Shown piece by piece: positions 1 to 9,409 of a DNA stretch of 64,000 nt. The notes under the pieces were generated by a model that searched no databases, was not told the DNA's origin, and was given only the letters and a program-made list of their open reading frames with translations. Location of the stretch: assembly GCA_964437115.1 (NCBI GenBank), contig CAYTFE010000001.1:169429-233428 (forward strand), written 5' to 3'. Origin of the DNA: an uncultured Fibrobacteraceae bacterium. GTDB taxonomy: Bacteria > Krumholzibacteriota > Krumholzibacteriia > LZORAL124-64-63. The position numbers and the translations under genes are program-made. Numbering within the stretch: position 1 is the stretch's first letter; every line of letters begins with the position of its first letter.

Positions 1-5
1 GCTGT

Positions 6-647
6 TTGCCACCTAATCGCGCTCTTGATTTAGAGAATCATCTGAATGAATGTGCTGACTGTGCAGAAGAGAGTGCTGAACAGTTTAAATTACAACAAAT
101 TTTGAATATACCCGGTAGAGAATTGCCTGATAACTTTGAATGGAAATTGAATCTCCAACTCAATAGAGCACTTTATAATCGTGAAGGTCATGAATGGATA
201 GAGGAACCGCAGCATCGACGTTGGTATAAATTATTTATTCCATATTTTGTCACAAGTTTTTCAGTGGCAGCATTAGTAGCGTTTGTTCTTGTTTCTGATG
301 TATTTCAGCAAAATGATGTGCCTGTATTTAATTCCAATAATGGTCAAAATCTGGCAGGAGTGACACCAGTTAGCTCCACTGCGGGCGATACCGACAGACT
401 AACTCTTGGAACCCCAACCAAATCATCCTTCTTCTCAAATAATAATAGAGTAGGGTCCACAACAGTTTCCAGTCCAATTGCGGATTATAAATGGAAACAG
501 AAGTCATGGTCTGGTAAGGAACTTGAGGATTTACGCACCATAACATCCTTGAGAAATCAAAATAAAATTCTTAGTGCTGCCCTAAAGCATGCCCAATTAG
601 AAAATGAACACTTAAAAGAATTGCTTCAAACACAGAAAATTGATTAG
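6..647 (+). CDS. Putative zinc-finger (zf-HC2) anti-sigma factor, single TM. The N-terminus probably continues beyond the window edge.
   Basis: HLNECADCAEE matches the H-x3-C-x2-C anti-sigma zinc motif. A central hydrophobic helix (YFVTSFSVAALVAFVLV) is followed by an extracytoplasmic tail. The ORF opens at nt 6 with no room for a promoter or SD. Confidence 0.5.
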   Translation: MPPNRALDLENHLNECADCAEESAEQFKLQQILNIPGRELPDNFEWKLNLQLNRALYNREGHEWIEEPQHRRWYKLFIPYFVTSFSVAALVAFVLVSDVFQQNDVPVFNSNNGQNLAGVTPVSSTAGDTDRLTLGTPTKSSFFSNNNRVGSTTVSSPIADYKWKQKSWSGKELEDLRTITSLRNQNKILSAALKHAQLENEHLKELLQTQKID

Positions 648-697
648 ATTAAGTAATCGGTTTCGATTTGTTTCTTAATCATTCTCTGGAGAGCGCA

Positions 698-1732
698 ATG
701 CGTCGTGTTTTAGTGCTTCAATTTTATTTGTTGTTATTATTTCTTTCAGGATGTAATAAACCTGATAGCGATTACATTATTTCTGCTGTTGGTTCCTACG
801 GGGACGTAGCAATTATTACATCCTCAGAACAATTACAACAGAGACTTATTACGGAATTTGATAGTATAAATAGTGAAGAAACATTTGTTCTAAAAAAAGA
901 AAAAACACTGCACTTCAGATACTTTCCTGCGAAACACTGGAAAAATGCCCGCAACTACCGAAATGTAATTATTGCTCTTGATTGGAGCGATGGTGGCAAG
1001 GTTCAGGGTTTGGTTGAGGATATGATTTCTGAAGCACGACTCAATAAATTGCTAAATGGTTCCGGTGGGTTGGTTACAATAAAGGATCCATGGTACAGAA
1101 ATCAATTTGCAATAGTTGTAGTTGCAAATTCGGGCTCATCGCTGAAAAGGCTGTTAAAAGACAAAAGTGAGATAATCTCCAGGGAGATTCACAAAAGTAA
1201 TTTAGAGCGCATGATGGTAGACAATAAAAAACGTGGTTTTCATAAAGAAGTTGTTGCCAATTATAAAAAACATTTAGGTCTCAGTATTGAATTCCCGCTG
1301 GATTATAGACAAAACCAAATTATGCCAGAAGGATATAAAGGTTTGGAATGGATAATTCCAGGTCCACCTACTCGAGGTATATCTTTGGGCTGGATTGAAA
1401 CTGACGATTGCAAACTTGCCTTGGAAAACAAAGAATTTCTAGCAGAAGCCAGATCGGAACTTGGCAAATATCTGCATTCAGAAACAATTGTAATGTCATC
1501 ATTAAAGTGGGGTGAAGAGAAATTAGCTGGTATCGATGCAGTAAGATTAACCGGGGCTTGGGTGAGTGATGAAGTTGGTGTTGGTGGTCCATTTAAATGT
1601 TATTTTGTTTCTGATCCAAACCATAAACAGATCATTTGTATAGATTTACTTGTCTATGCTCCTGATAAAGATAAAATGGATTACTTCAGAAAAATGAGAT
1701 CAGTCATTGAAACTCTTTCTTTCAGTAAATAG
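698..1732 (+). CDS. Lipoprotein of unknown function (DUF4837-like).
   Basis: The signal peptide MRRVLVLQFYLLLLFLSGC carries an LSGC lipobox. A GGAGAG SD lies 5 nt upstream of the ATG at 698. The 668 start listed in the ORF track lacks an SD. Family assignment is from recalled resemblance only. Confidence 0.55.
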   Translation: MRRVLVLQFYLLLLFLSGCNKPDSDYIISAVGSYGDVAIITSSEQLQQRLITEFDSINSEETFVLKKEKTLHFRYFPAKHWKNARNYRNVIIALDWSDGGKVQGLVEDMISEARLNKLLNGSGGLVTIKDPWYRNQFAIVVVANSGSSLKRLLKDKSEIISREIHKSNLERMMVDNKKRGFHKEVVANYKKHLGLSIEFPLDYRQNQIMPEGYKGLEWIIPGPPTRGISLGWIETDDCKLALENKEFLAEARSELGKYLHSETIVMSSLKWGEEKLAGIDAVRLTGAWVSDEVGVGGPFKCYFVSDPNHKQIICIDLLVYAPDKDKMDYFRKMRSVIETLSFSK

Positions 1733-1743
1733 GGGAGTCGGTC

Positions 1744-2427
1744 TTGAAAACGCTTACAAAAATTACATTTCTATTGCTATTGATATCAATTATCTCAACA
1801 GTTTCCTATGCGCAGGAAAGCTCATCAAGGTTTTCATGGGGAATTTCCATGGGGATGTCTGCAGGTGGGGAATTAACGCGTATTCGTGAAAATAGCACAA
1901 GACGTTGGATGCCACCTTCAAATGAACCATTTAATGCATATAGATTTGAATTGACATTGCATGAAGGAATGGCGGTTAGTTCATTTGGAGAATTTAAAGT
2001 TACTCCCAGAGATTGTTTCCGTTTGTCTGTATTCAATTCTAGTTATGCGGTTATTGCACTGGCTAGACAAACTGACAATGCTGTAGTCACCAAGTGGGAT
2101 GATGTTAATGTGACTGGATTCGGTTTTTCATATCGACGAGTTATCTTATCATCTTCATGGCGTCCCTACATTACGGCTGGTCCTGCTTATCTTATGATAG
2201 ATAGTATTGACCCAGAAATGGACCAAAGTATATTGGCAGCGACAATCGGTGTCGGGTTCGAATATGATATTGCTAGAAATGTTCTTCTGACTTTTGATTT
2301 GGATGACCGTATTGGCAGTTTAGATTTCGCGGCATATGAAAATCTAGCCAATGATTCCGCAATTATTGAGGAAAACAGCCCAAGCAATTTTTTTTCGTTT
2401 ATGGTTGGGATGACAATAGGACTATAG
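1744..2427 (+). CDS. Outer-membrane beta-barrel protein (OmpA-like/porin-family barrel).
   Basis: TTG start with an AGGGGAG SD. Signal peptide ends ...VSYAQ. Alternating amphipathic beta-strand pattern and no other TM helix. Confidence 0.5.
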   Translation: MKTLTKITFLLLLISIISTVSYAQESSSRFSWGISMGMSAGGELTRIRENSTRRWMPPSNEPFNAYRFELTLHEGMAVSSFGEFKVTPRDCFRLSVFNSSYAVIALARQTDNAVVTKWDDVNVTGFGFSYRRVILSSSWRPYITAGPAYLMIDSIDPEMDQSILAATIGVGFEYDIARNVLLTFDLDDRIGSLDFAAYENLANDSAIIEENSPSNFFSFMVGMTIGL

Positions 2428-2653
2428 CTCTAAATATAGTTCTTATAGTCAAGTGCAATGTTTTGCTTGTTGTATAAATAATAGAGTGCACAGCATCGTA
2501 ACACAGTGTTATAAATAGAGATATGGTTTATTATGCTTTTTACAATACTTGCTTAATATTTTTCAATTTGCTTAACCACCCTTTTACTGACATATTCAAC
2601 TAACTTGAAAGAAAACGTCTAAATGACTCACAATTCAGCATTAGGGGCTTCAG

Positions 2654-3478
2654 ATGGGTAATATTATAGCGGTAGTTAATCCTAAGGGTGGAAGTGGAAA
2701 GACAACAACTGCATTAAACTTGGCTGCAGGTTTAACAAGGTATAGCGATATCTCATCATCTTGTTTAATTATCGATATGGATCCTCACGGTTGTGCAACA
2801 TCTTCACTGCTTGGAAAGATGGATGGGGAAGTACCTAGCAGAACTCTTTTTGATGTGCTCAGAGGTGCTATGACTCCTCATGATGGAGTTACCAGTACAG
2901 TTTATGATGAGAATATAGATTTGCTCCCTTCATGTCCTGCATTGGAGAGTATTTCAAGGACACATAAAGTGGATCGCTTGAAAAAAGTTACCGATGCTCT
3001 TTCAACGTCATATGGTTGGATAATAATCGATACTCCTCCAAATTTGGGATTCTTAACTCTTAATGCTTTAGTTACTGCTGACTATGTTATTGTTCCTACA
3101 CAATGCACAGGTCTTGCAGTTTCTACTTTGCAACAGGTAGCTGACGCAATTGATAAAGTAAAAGAGCGTCAAAATGTCTGGTTACAGAACTTGGGTGTTT
3201 TGGTTACCATGAAAGATGGTCGAACTGACTTACCAGCAGACCTGCTTAAACAGATTAAAAAGATATTTCCAAGAAAATTATTTAAAACATTAATTACAAA
3301 TAACATTAAAATTGAGGAAGCTCCTTCAAACTTTAATAGCATTTATTCCTATGATTCAGGTTGTCTTGGTGCTTCCCTTTACCGGGATTGGGTAAAAGGA
3401 GAATTGCAAAGAAAACACAAGGCACTGGAGAAAAAGAAAAATGAGAAGATGGAAGAGTTGAATATAAGCCAGGTTTAG
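2654..3478 (+). CDS. ParA/Soj-family P-loop ATPase (orphan, no ParB nearby).
   Basis: Deviant Walker A KGGSGKTTTALNLAAGL, an IDMDPHG motif, and a Lys/Glu-rich C-terminal extension (KKKNEKMEEL). Confidence 0.8.
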   Translation: MGNIIAVVNPKGGSGKTTTALNLAAGLTRYSDISSSCLIIDMDPHGCATSSLLGKMDGEVPSRTLFDVLRGAMTPHDGVTSTVYDENIDLLPSCPALESISRTHKVDRLKKVTDALSTSYGWIIIDTPPNLGFLTLNALVTADYVIVPTQCTGLAVSTLQQVADAIDKVKERQNVWLQNLGVLVTMKDGRTDLPADLLKQIKKIFPRKLFKTLITNNIKIEEAPSNFNSIYSYDSGCLGASLYRDWVKGELQRKHKALEKKKNEKMEELNISQV

Positions 3479-4146
3479 CGGACAAATGGATTATGTTCCA
3501 TTTCTTCGCCAACTGAAGTTGAAGGACCGTGCCCCGGATGGAGTGCGGTCTTTTCATCTAATGTATAGAGTGCGGTGCGGATGCTTTTTTCAAGAGTAGG
3601 AAAGCTCCCGCCAGGCAGATCGGTTCTGCCAACAGAACGAGCAAAAATCAAATCCCCAACAATAACATTTTCAGGCAACTTGATTACAATATGACCGGGA
3701 CAGTGTCCAGGTGTATGTATCAGTTCGAAGCCGTGGTTGCCCAATTTCAGCTGTGAGTTTTCTCCGGAAAAATATTCAACTTCAGGATCTTCAGTTCTAG
3801 GGAAGCCATAAGTAGACTGAACTGACTGCATTGATTCAATAACATGTTTGCCATCTTCATGTGCAAGTAAAGGTAGATTCCAGTTCTTTTGAATTGCTGC
3901 AGTTGCGCCGATATGATCAAAGTGACCGTGGGTGCAGAGAATCGATTTCAATTCACATTTTGTAGCATCAATTGCCCGAAGCAGGACGTTAGGTTCCTCG
4001 CCTGGGTCAACTAAAATTGCTGAGTTGTTTTCTGGGGAATGTATTATCCAGGCGTTCATTTCAAGAGGGCCAACTGTAATACAATCAAGTTTCCAGCCCA
4101 GATATTCTGATATAGAAATTTTCATGTTTTCAGTTGGCCCTCTCAA
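3475..4146 (-). CDS. MBL-fold metallo-hydrolase (glyoxalase II-like).
   Basis: HGHFDHIG (HxHxDH) motif and downstream His/Asp ligands. Its stop overlaps the parA stop by 4 nt (convergent). Confidence 0.8.
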   Translation of the reverse strand: MRGPTENMKISISEYLGWKLDCITVGPLEMNAWIIHSPENNSAILVDPGEEPNVLLRAIDATKCELKSILCTHGHFDHIGATAAIQKNWNLPLLAHEDGKHVIESMQSVQSTYGFPRTEDPEVEYFSGENSQLKLGNHGFELIHTPGHCPGHIVIKLPENVIVGDLIFARSVGRTDLPGGSFPTLEKSIRTALYTLDEKTALHPGHGPSTSVGEEMEHNPFVR

Positions 4147-4165
4147 ATTAGAAACAAGTCATTCG

Positions 4166-5488
4166 CTACTTATCGTCGTCGTAATATTCACGACCTAAAT
4201 GAGTAATGAGTTCTTCGCCCATCATCCAACGCAGAGTATTCTTTAGCTTCTTCTGTTGAATGAAGAGGTCATGCTCTGGCTGAAGACCTTCAGGAGTAAC
4301 TGGACTCTTCAGGTAGAATGAAAGCCATTCTTGAATTCCACCAAGGCCGGCCCGTTTGGCAAGATCCAGGAATAGAGCAAGGTCTAGAACAATTGGAGCA
4401 GCAAGAATCGAATCTCTACAAAGGAAATCGATTTTAATCTGCATTGGCATATTCAACCAACCAAAGATGTCTATGTTGTCCCAACCCTCTTTATTGTCAC
4501 CACGAGGAGGATAGTAATTTATCCGAACCTTATGATAAAGATCGCCATAAAGGTCTGGATATAACTCAGGCTGCAGGATGTTGTCCAGAACGCTGAGTTT
4601 TGATTCTTCTTTGGTCTTGAATGATTCAGGATCATCTAGAACTTCGCCATCACGGTTACCTAGGATGTTAGTTGAGAACCAACCACTCATTCCCAGAAGT
4701 CTGGCTTTGAAACCAGGTGCAAGGATGGTCTTCATCAAAGTCTGGCCAGTTTTGAAATCTTTTCCCATAGTAGGAGAACCAGTTTGCTTGGACAATTCTT
4801 CAAGAGCAGGGAAGTCTGCGCTCAAGTTCGGAGCACCGTTTGCATAAGGCACACCCATCTTGATTGCTGCATATGCATAAATCATACTTGGAGCAATAGC
4901 AGGGTCATTGTTGCGCAAACCATCTTCAAAAGCTTCTATGGTTGCATGTACTGCACTTTTTTCCATGAAGATTTCTGTAGAACCACACCAGACCATAACT
5001 AATCTGTCACAGCCTTTTTCCTTTTTGAAGTTTTCCATGTCAGCCATGAGCTGTTCAGCAAGGTTCATTTTATTTGGACCTGATTTAACATGCGTACCTT
5101 CAAGCATTTTGACATAGTAGTTGTCAAAAACGGCAGGCATAGGTTTGATTTGCTCTAGCTCAGGTTTCAGTTCATCAAGAAGTTTCTCTTCAAGAACACC
5201 AGCATTCATTGCAGCGTCATAAACAGACTCTTCAAAAATATCCCAGCCACCAAACTCGATATCAGCAAGTTCTGTAATAGGGACAAAGTTCTTAATTAAT
5301 GGTTGGTTGTTGTCTGTTCTCTTTCCAAGACGAATGTGACCCATCTGGGTCAAGCTGCCAATTGGTAGACGAATTCCTTCTCGTACTGCAATTACACCAG
5401 CAATGAATGTTGTGGCAACTGCACCCATTCCTGGTGTCAGAATTCCCAGCTTACCTGTAGCCGGCTTGACATTCAATCCGTTAGACAT
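4166..5488 (-). CDS. myo-Inositol-3-phosphate synthase (MIPS, NAD-dependent).
   Basis: About 440 aa with an NAD Rossmann N-terminus (GILTPGMGAVATTFIAG) and conserved MIPS blocks. A GAGGAG SD precedes the start. Confidence 0.8.
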   Translation of the reverse strand: MSNGLNVKPATGKLGILTPGMGAVATTFIAGVIAVREGIRLPIGSLTQMGHIRLGKRTDNNQPLIKNFVPITELADIEFGGWDIFEESVYDAAMNAGVLEEKLLDELKPELEQIKPMPAVFDNYYVKMLEGTHVKSGPNKMNLAEQLMADMENFKKEKGCDRLVMVWCGSTEIFMEKSAVHATIEAFEDGLRNNDPAIAPSMIYAYAAIKMGVPYANGAPNLSADFPALEELSKQTGSPTMGKDFKTGQTLMKTILAPGFKARLLGMSGWFSTNILGNRDGEVLDDPESFKTKEESKLSVLDNILQPELYPDLYGDLYHKVRINYYPPRGDNKEGWDNIDIFGWLNMPMQIKIDFLCRDSILAAPIVLDLALFLDLAKRAGLGGIQEWLSFYLKSPVTPEGLQPEHDLFIQQKKLKNTLRWMMGEELITHLGREYYDDDK

Positions 5489-5592
5489 ATCTCGCTCCTC
5501 GATTTAAATCTTGATTCAACCAGAATTTGGCAAAATCAGCAGTTCAGAATCAAATAAAGTGATTCTGAGAAATTTGATAACAATAATGTTTC

Positions 5593-5617
5593 ATGCAGAA
5601 AATTACCGTTTCTGCAT
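5593..5617. promoter_or_regulatory. Perfect 9-bp inverted repeat ATGCAGAAA-N7-TTTCTGCAT in the 330-bp divergent intergenic region between the MIPS and DegT genes; candidate operator.
   Basis: Read directly from the sequence: catgcagaaaattaccgtttctgcat. Confidence 0.4.
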
Positions 5618-5816
5618 AAGAATGCAAGTGTAATTATTGGACTAAAGGAAAGATTAGTTTCTTAGTCAAGCATAAAATTGACTGCTAGTGTTCATGGATT
5701 AACTCAAGACGTAATAAAAATTGTTATTTATGCTAATTTTAACTAAAGTGGGTATTATCCATGACGATATATGTAAGGTGTTCCAGAAGATACCTAACTA
5801 AAACAGGAGTTCGCTC

Positions 5817-6902
5817 ATGTCAATAACAGTCCCATTTATGGATCTTAAAGCTCAGGTAGCACCACTGCGATCTGAAATCGATGCAGCCATCAAAGATGTA
5901 GTTGATAACACTGCCTTTATTCTTGGCCCACGGCTTGAAAAATTTGAAAAGAATTTTGCTGAGTACTGTTCCACAGATCATTGTGCAGGGGTAGATTCAG
6001 GCACACAGGCATTGCATCTAATATTAAGAGGGTTAGGTATTGGGGCAGGCGATGAGGTTATAACGGTACCTAATACGTTTATTGCCACAATTGAAGCAAT
6101 TGCCTATACAGGTGCAAAACCAGTTTTTGTTGATGTAGATCCTGACACGTGGCTAATGGATCCCACAAAGCTCGCTGATGCAATTACAGATAAAACTAAA
6201 GCTATTCTTCCTGTTCATCTCTTTGGACATCCAGTTCCTTTTGACGAGATTAAAGCTGCTGCAGGTGATATCCCAATTATCGAGGATGCTTGTCAGGCTC
6301 ACGGTGCAAGGTATAAGGGACAGAGAATCGGTTCTCTTGGGTATGCCGCTGCATTTAGTTTTTATCCAGGTAAAAACCTGGGTGCATTTGGAGATGGTGG
6401 AGCAGTAGTCTCAAATGACATGAAGCTGAAAGGATTTATCGACAGCGTTCGTCACCATGGACAAGGTGCAAAAAATATGCACGATAGTATTGGTCACACT
6501 TCGCGCCTCGATTCGTTGCAGGCGGTGGTTCTGGATATCAAGCTGAAGCAATTGGATAATTGGAGTGAAATGCGTCGTAACAACGCTGCATTATATAAAG
6601 CAAAGTTACAAGGTTCATACAGAATGCCGGAATTGGTTTCTGAAACTGAGGCTGTACACCACTTGTTCCCAATTCAGTGTGGAGACCCAGAAGGAACTAT
6701 TGCTATGTTGCGCGAGAATGGTGTTTTTTGTGGAAGGCATTATCCAGTTTCCTGCAATTTGCAACCTGCTCTTAAAGGCATAATTGATGACAATATCAGT
6801 TTCCCGGTTTCCGAAGAACTTTGTTCCGGGATTGTTTCTCTACCTATGTTTGCAGAATTAACTGAAGAAATGGTAGACAAGGTATGTAAACATCTGCTAT
6901 AA
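5817..6902 (+). CDS. DegT/DnrJ/EryC1/StsC-family PLP-dependent aminotransferase (sugar or cyclitol aminotransferase).
   Basis: Conserved catalytic Lys context SFYPGKNLGAFGDGGAV and a typical fold-type I N-terminus. An AGGAG SD precedes the start. Confidence 0.85.
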   Translation: MSITVPFMDLKAQVAPLRSEIDAAIKDVVDNTAFILGPRLEKFEKNFAEYCSTDHCAGVDSGTQALHLILRGLGIGAGDEVITVPNTFIATIEAIAYTGAKPVFVDVDPDTWLMDPTKLADAITDKTKAILPVHLFGHPVPFDEIKAAAGDIPIIEDACQAHGARYKGQRIGSLGYAAAFSFYPGKNLGAFGDGGAVVSNDMKLKGFIDSVRHHGQGAKNMHDSIGHTSRLDSLQAVVLDIKLKQLDNWSEMRRNNAALYKAKLQGSYRMPELVSETEAVHHLFPIQCGDPEGTIAMLRENGVFCGRHYPVSCNLQPALKGIIDDNISFPVSEELCSGIVSLPMFAELTEEMVDKVCKHLL

Positions 6903-7021
6903 TTATTCAAGTTACATTACTGAAGTGACTATCTAATGATAGTTGGAAAGAGAGCATATGAGCATAAGCTAACGCGTTTCCGTTGATTTACAACAACTCT
7001 GTATACAGAGGAGATTAGACA

Positions 7022-7744
7022 ATGAAGGAAGACGCGGTAGTTTATTCCACCGTTGCTAACAATGTAACTTCTGCTCAGCCGGCATTATATGTCGTTGCTG
7101 ACGCTTCAAGTATCCACAGTTTTCAAGGAAAATTTAAAAGAGCATTCGATGTTGTTTGTGCTTTAACGGCTATGATTTTGTTGTCGCCGTTTTTTGCTTT
7201 ACTCTCTTTTCTTGTAAAACAATCCAGTTCTGGTCCTATCCTTTTTACTCAGGAAAGAATAGGCAAGGACGGCAGGCCATTTAATTTCTATAAATTCAGA
7301 ACTATGATTCACAACAGTGATGATGCTATTCATAGACAGTTTGCTTCGATGTTTATTTCTGGTGGAATAGGAGATGACTGTAAAGACGACAGCTTTAAAA
7401 TTTCTGACGATCCTCGTGTTACTAAAATAGGGGCATGGTTGCGTAAAACCTCACTTGATGAGTTGCCTCAATTTTTTAACATTCTAAAGGGCGACATGTC
7501 TTTTGTTGGCCCCCGCCCGCCAATTAAATATGAAATAGAACAATATCAGCCTCGTCACCATGAGCGGCTTCGTGTTACTCCCGGACTTACAGGTCTATGG
7601 CAAGTAAGTGGCAGGAGCTCTGTCTCTTTTGAAGAAATGGTTCGGCTTGATATTTACTATATCAACAACTGGTCATTCATTGAGGATTTCAGGATAATCT
7701 TCAAAACAATTCCTGTAGTATTAAAGGGAACTGGTGGTTGTTGA
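7022..7744 (+). CDS. Small monotopic phosphoglycosyl transferase (bacterial sugar transferase, PglC/WbaP C-terminal type).
   Basis: One N-terminal hydrophobic helix. FYKFRTM, DELPQFFN...KGDMSFVGPRP and GLTGLWQVSGR motifs. Confidence 0.8.
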   Translation: MKEDAVVYSTVANNVTSAQPALYVVADASSIHSFQGKFKRAFDVVCALTAMILLSPFFALLSFLVKQSSSGPILFTQERIGKDGRPFNFYKFRTMIHNSDDAIHRQFASMFISGGIGDDCKDDSFKISDDPRVTKIGAWLRKTSLDELPQFFNILKGDMSFVGPRPPIKYEIEQYQPRHHERLRVTPGLTGLWQVSGRSSVSFEEMVRLDIYYINNWSFIEDFRIIFKTIPVVLKGTGGC

Positions 7745-7857
7745 CAACCAGACCGTAAAAGCCTAATTTCGGTCAATAAATTCAAGGTAACTAAAGTTGT
7801 TTCACTAATGAGCCGCTGAAAGGCGTGCCAAACGCTCGTAATGGGCAAGGGGATACC

Positions 7858-8880
7858 ATGTCAACAAAAATGGCTGCAATCGGTTGTGGATATTGGGGAC
7901 CTAACTTAATCCGTAACTTCAACTCTCTTCCAGAAGTTGAACTCACCACGATTTGCGACCTTGATGAAGATCGATGTAATCATATGTCGTCGCTTTATCC
8001 AGAAATTACTGTGACAGATGATTACATGTCTATTATCAACGATGATTCTATAGATGCAGTATCAGTTGCCACGCCAGTAACGACTCACTTCCCAATTGGC
8101 AAGGCTGTCCTTGAAGCAGGTAAACACCTATTTATTGAGAAACCGATGTGTGCCAATGCAGAAGAATCTCGTGAATTAATAAGAATTGCTGAGGAAAAGA
8201 ATCTTCAGATTATGGTAGGCCATATTTTCCTGTTTGTTCCTGCAGTCAGAAAAGTTAAAGCGCTTATTGAGTCAGGTGATTTGGGCGATATTCATTATGT
8301 TAATATTCGTCGACTTAACCTGGGTATTTTTCAAAAAGATGCAAATGTAGTTTGGGACTTGGCTCCTCACGACATAGCTATGCTCAATTATCTATTTGAT
8401 GAGGCTCCTTTAACTGTTAGTGCAACTGGTAAATGTTATGTTCAGAAAGATAAAGGCATTGAAGATGTAGCCTTTTTAACTCTGGAATATCCAAATAATA
8501 AAATCGTAAGCATTCATGTCAGCTGGCTTGACCCTGACAAAATCAGAGAGTGTACATTTGTAGGTAGTAAGCAAATGCTTGTTTACGATGATGTATCTAT
8601 GACTGAGAAACTTAAAATCTTTGATAAGGGTGTTGACATTATGCCTCATTATGATGATTACAGCGAGTTCCATCTTGCATATCGTCATGGAGATATAATT
8701 ATTCCAAAAATAGATCAGGCGGAGCCACTGAAAATTGAGTGTGCTCACTTTATTGATTGCATCAATGGTAAAGCAACTCCATTGAGTGATGGAACAATGG
8801 GCCTGCAGGTTGTAGAGGTCCTTGAAAAGGCGTGTATTTCAATTAATGAGGGTGGCAAACCTCAACAACTTGGTGGCTAG
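7858..8880 (+). CDS. Gfo/Idh/MocA-family NAD(P) oxidoreductase (sugar 3-dehydrogenase or inositol dehydrogenase type).
   Basis: AAIGCGYWG Rossmann motif and an EKP motif (FIEKPM). The ATG at 7858 has an AAGGGGA SD, whereas the 7825 start lacks one. Confidence 0.8.
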   Translation: MSTKMAAIGCGYWGPNLIRNFNSLPEVELTTICDLDEDRCNHMSSLYPEITVTDDYMSIINDDSIDAVSVATPVTTHFPIGKAVLEAGKHLFIEKPMCANAEESRELIRIAEEKNLQIMVGHIFLFVPAVRKVKALIESGDLGDIHYVNIRRLNLGIFQKDANVVWDLAPHDIAMLNYLFDEAPLTVSATGKCYVQKDKGIEDVAFLTLEYPNNKIVSIHVSWLDPDKIRECTFVGSKQMLVYDDVSMTEKLKIFDKGVDIMPHYDDYSEFHLAYRHGDIIIPKIDQAEPLKIECAHFIDCINGKATPLSDGTMGLQVVEVLEKACISINEGGKPQQLGG

Positions 8881-8967
8881 AATTATGTAAATATTTGTTG
8901 CAGCAAAGATTTAGTTTGACACTGGAGTGAAGGATTATATCATTACAGTTCGCAAACAAACTGCGAT

Positions 8968-9043
<76 letters not shown>

Positions 9044-9049
9044 TTTAGA

Positions 9050-9083
9050 AGAGGAGGCTATATTGTCCTCCTCTTTTTTATTT
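9050..9083 (+). terminator. Rho-independent terminator after tRNA-Gly.
   Basis: agaggagg-ctatattgt-cctcctct followed by a ttttttattt tract. Confidence 0.6.
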
Positions 9084-9133
9084 CTGAATCTTGACTTTAG
9101 TATGCTGATGCTTCATTCTTTAGAATCTGTCAA

Positions 9134-9209
9134 GGCGGCATAGCCAAGTGGTAAGGCGACGGTCTGCAAAATCGTTATTTCCCCAGTTCGAGTCTGGGTG
9201 CCGCCTCCA
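9134..9209 (+). tRNA. tRNA-Cys (GCA)
   Basis: Acceptor ggcggca/tgccgcc, anticodon loop ctGCAaa, T-arm gttcgagtc, CCA encoded. Confidence 0.8.
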
Positions 9210-9213
9210 GTTC

Positions 9214-9244
9214 AAACACCGGCATCGTCGGTGTTTTGTTTTAT
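9214..9244 (+). terminator. Rho-independent terminator after tRNA-Cys.
   Basis: aaacaccg-gcatcgt-cggtgttt followed by a tgttttat tract. Confidence 0.5.
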
Positions 9245-9291
9245 GACAAATGTTGACTTTTGACAACTTCTGAAGCAAGATTCTTCTGTGT

Positions 9292-9379
9292 GCCGGGGTG
9301 GCGAAATTGGTAGACGCAAGGGACTTAAAATCCCTCGATACGTTGTATCGTGCCGGTTCAAGTCCGGCCCTCGGCACCA
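9292..9379 (+). tRNA. tRNA-Leu (TAA), class II with a long variable arm.
   Basis: Acceptor gccgggg/cctcggc (one G·U pair), anticodon stem-loop aggga-ctTAAaa-tccct, long variable arm, CCA encoded. Confidence 0.85.
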
Positions 9380-9409
9380 GAAACTTTAGTTTGTTGAAAG
9401 GAGTAGCAT

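Noticed and set aside
8881-8967. TTGACA-like -35 element upstream of tRNA-Gly as a tRNA promoter.
   Set aside because: The spacing to any -10-like hexamer is poor (14 nt, or a weak ATCATT at 17 nt). Not reportable as a feature.
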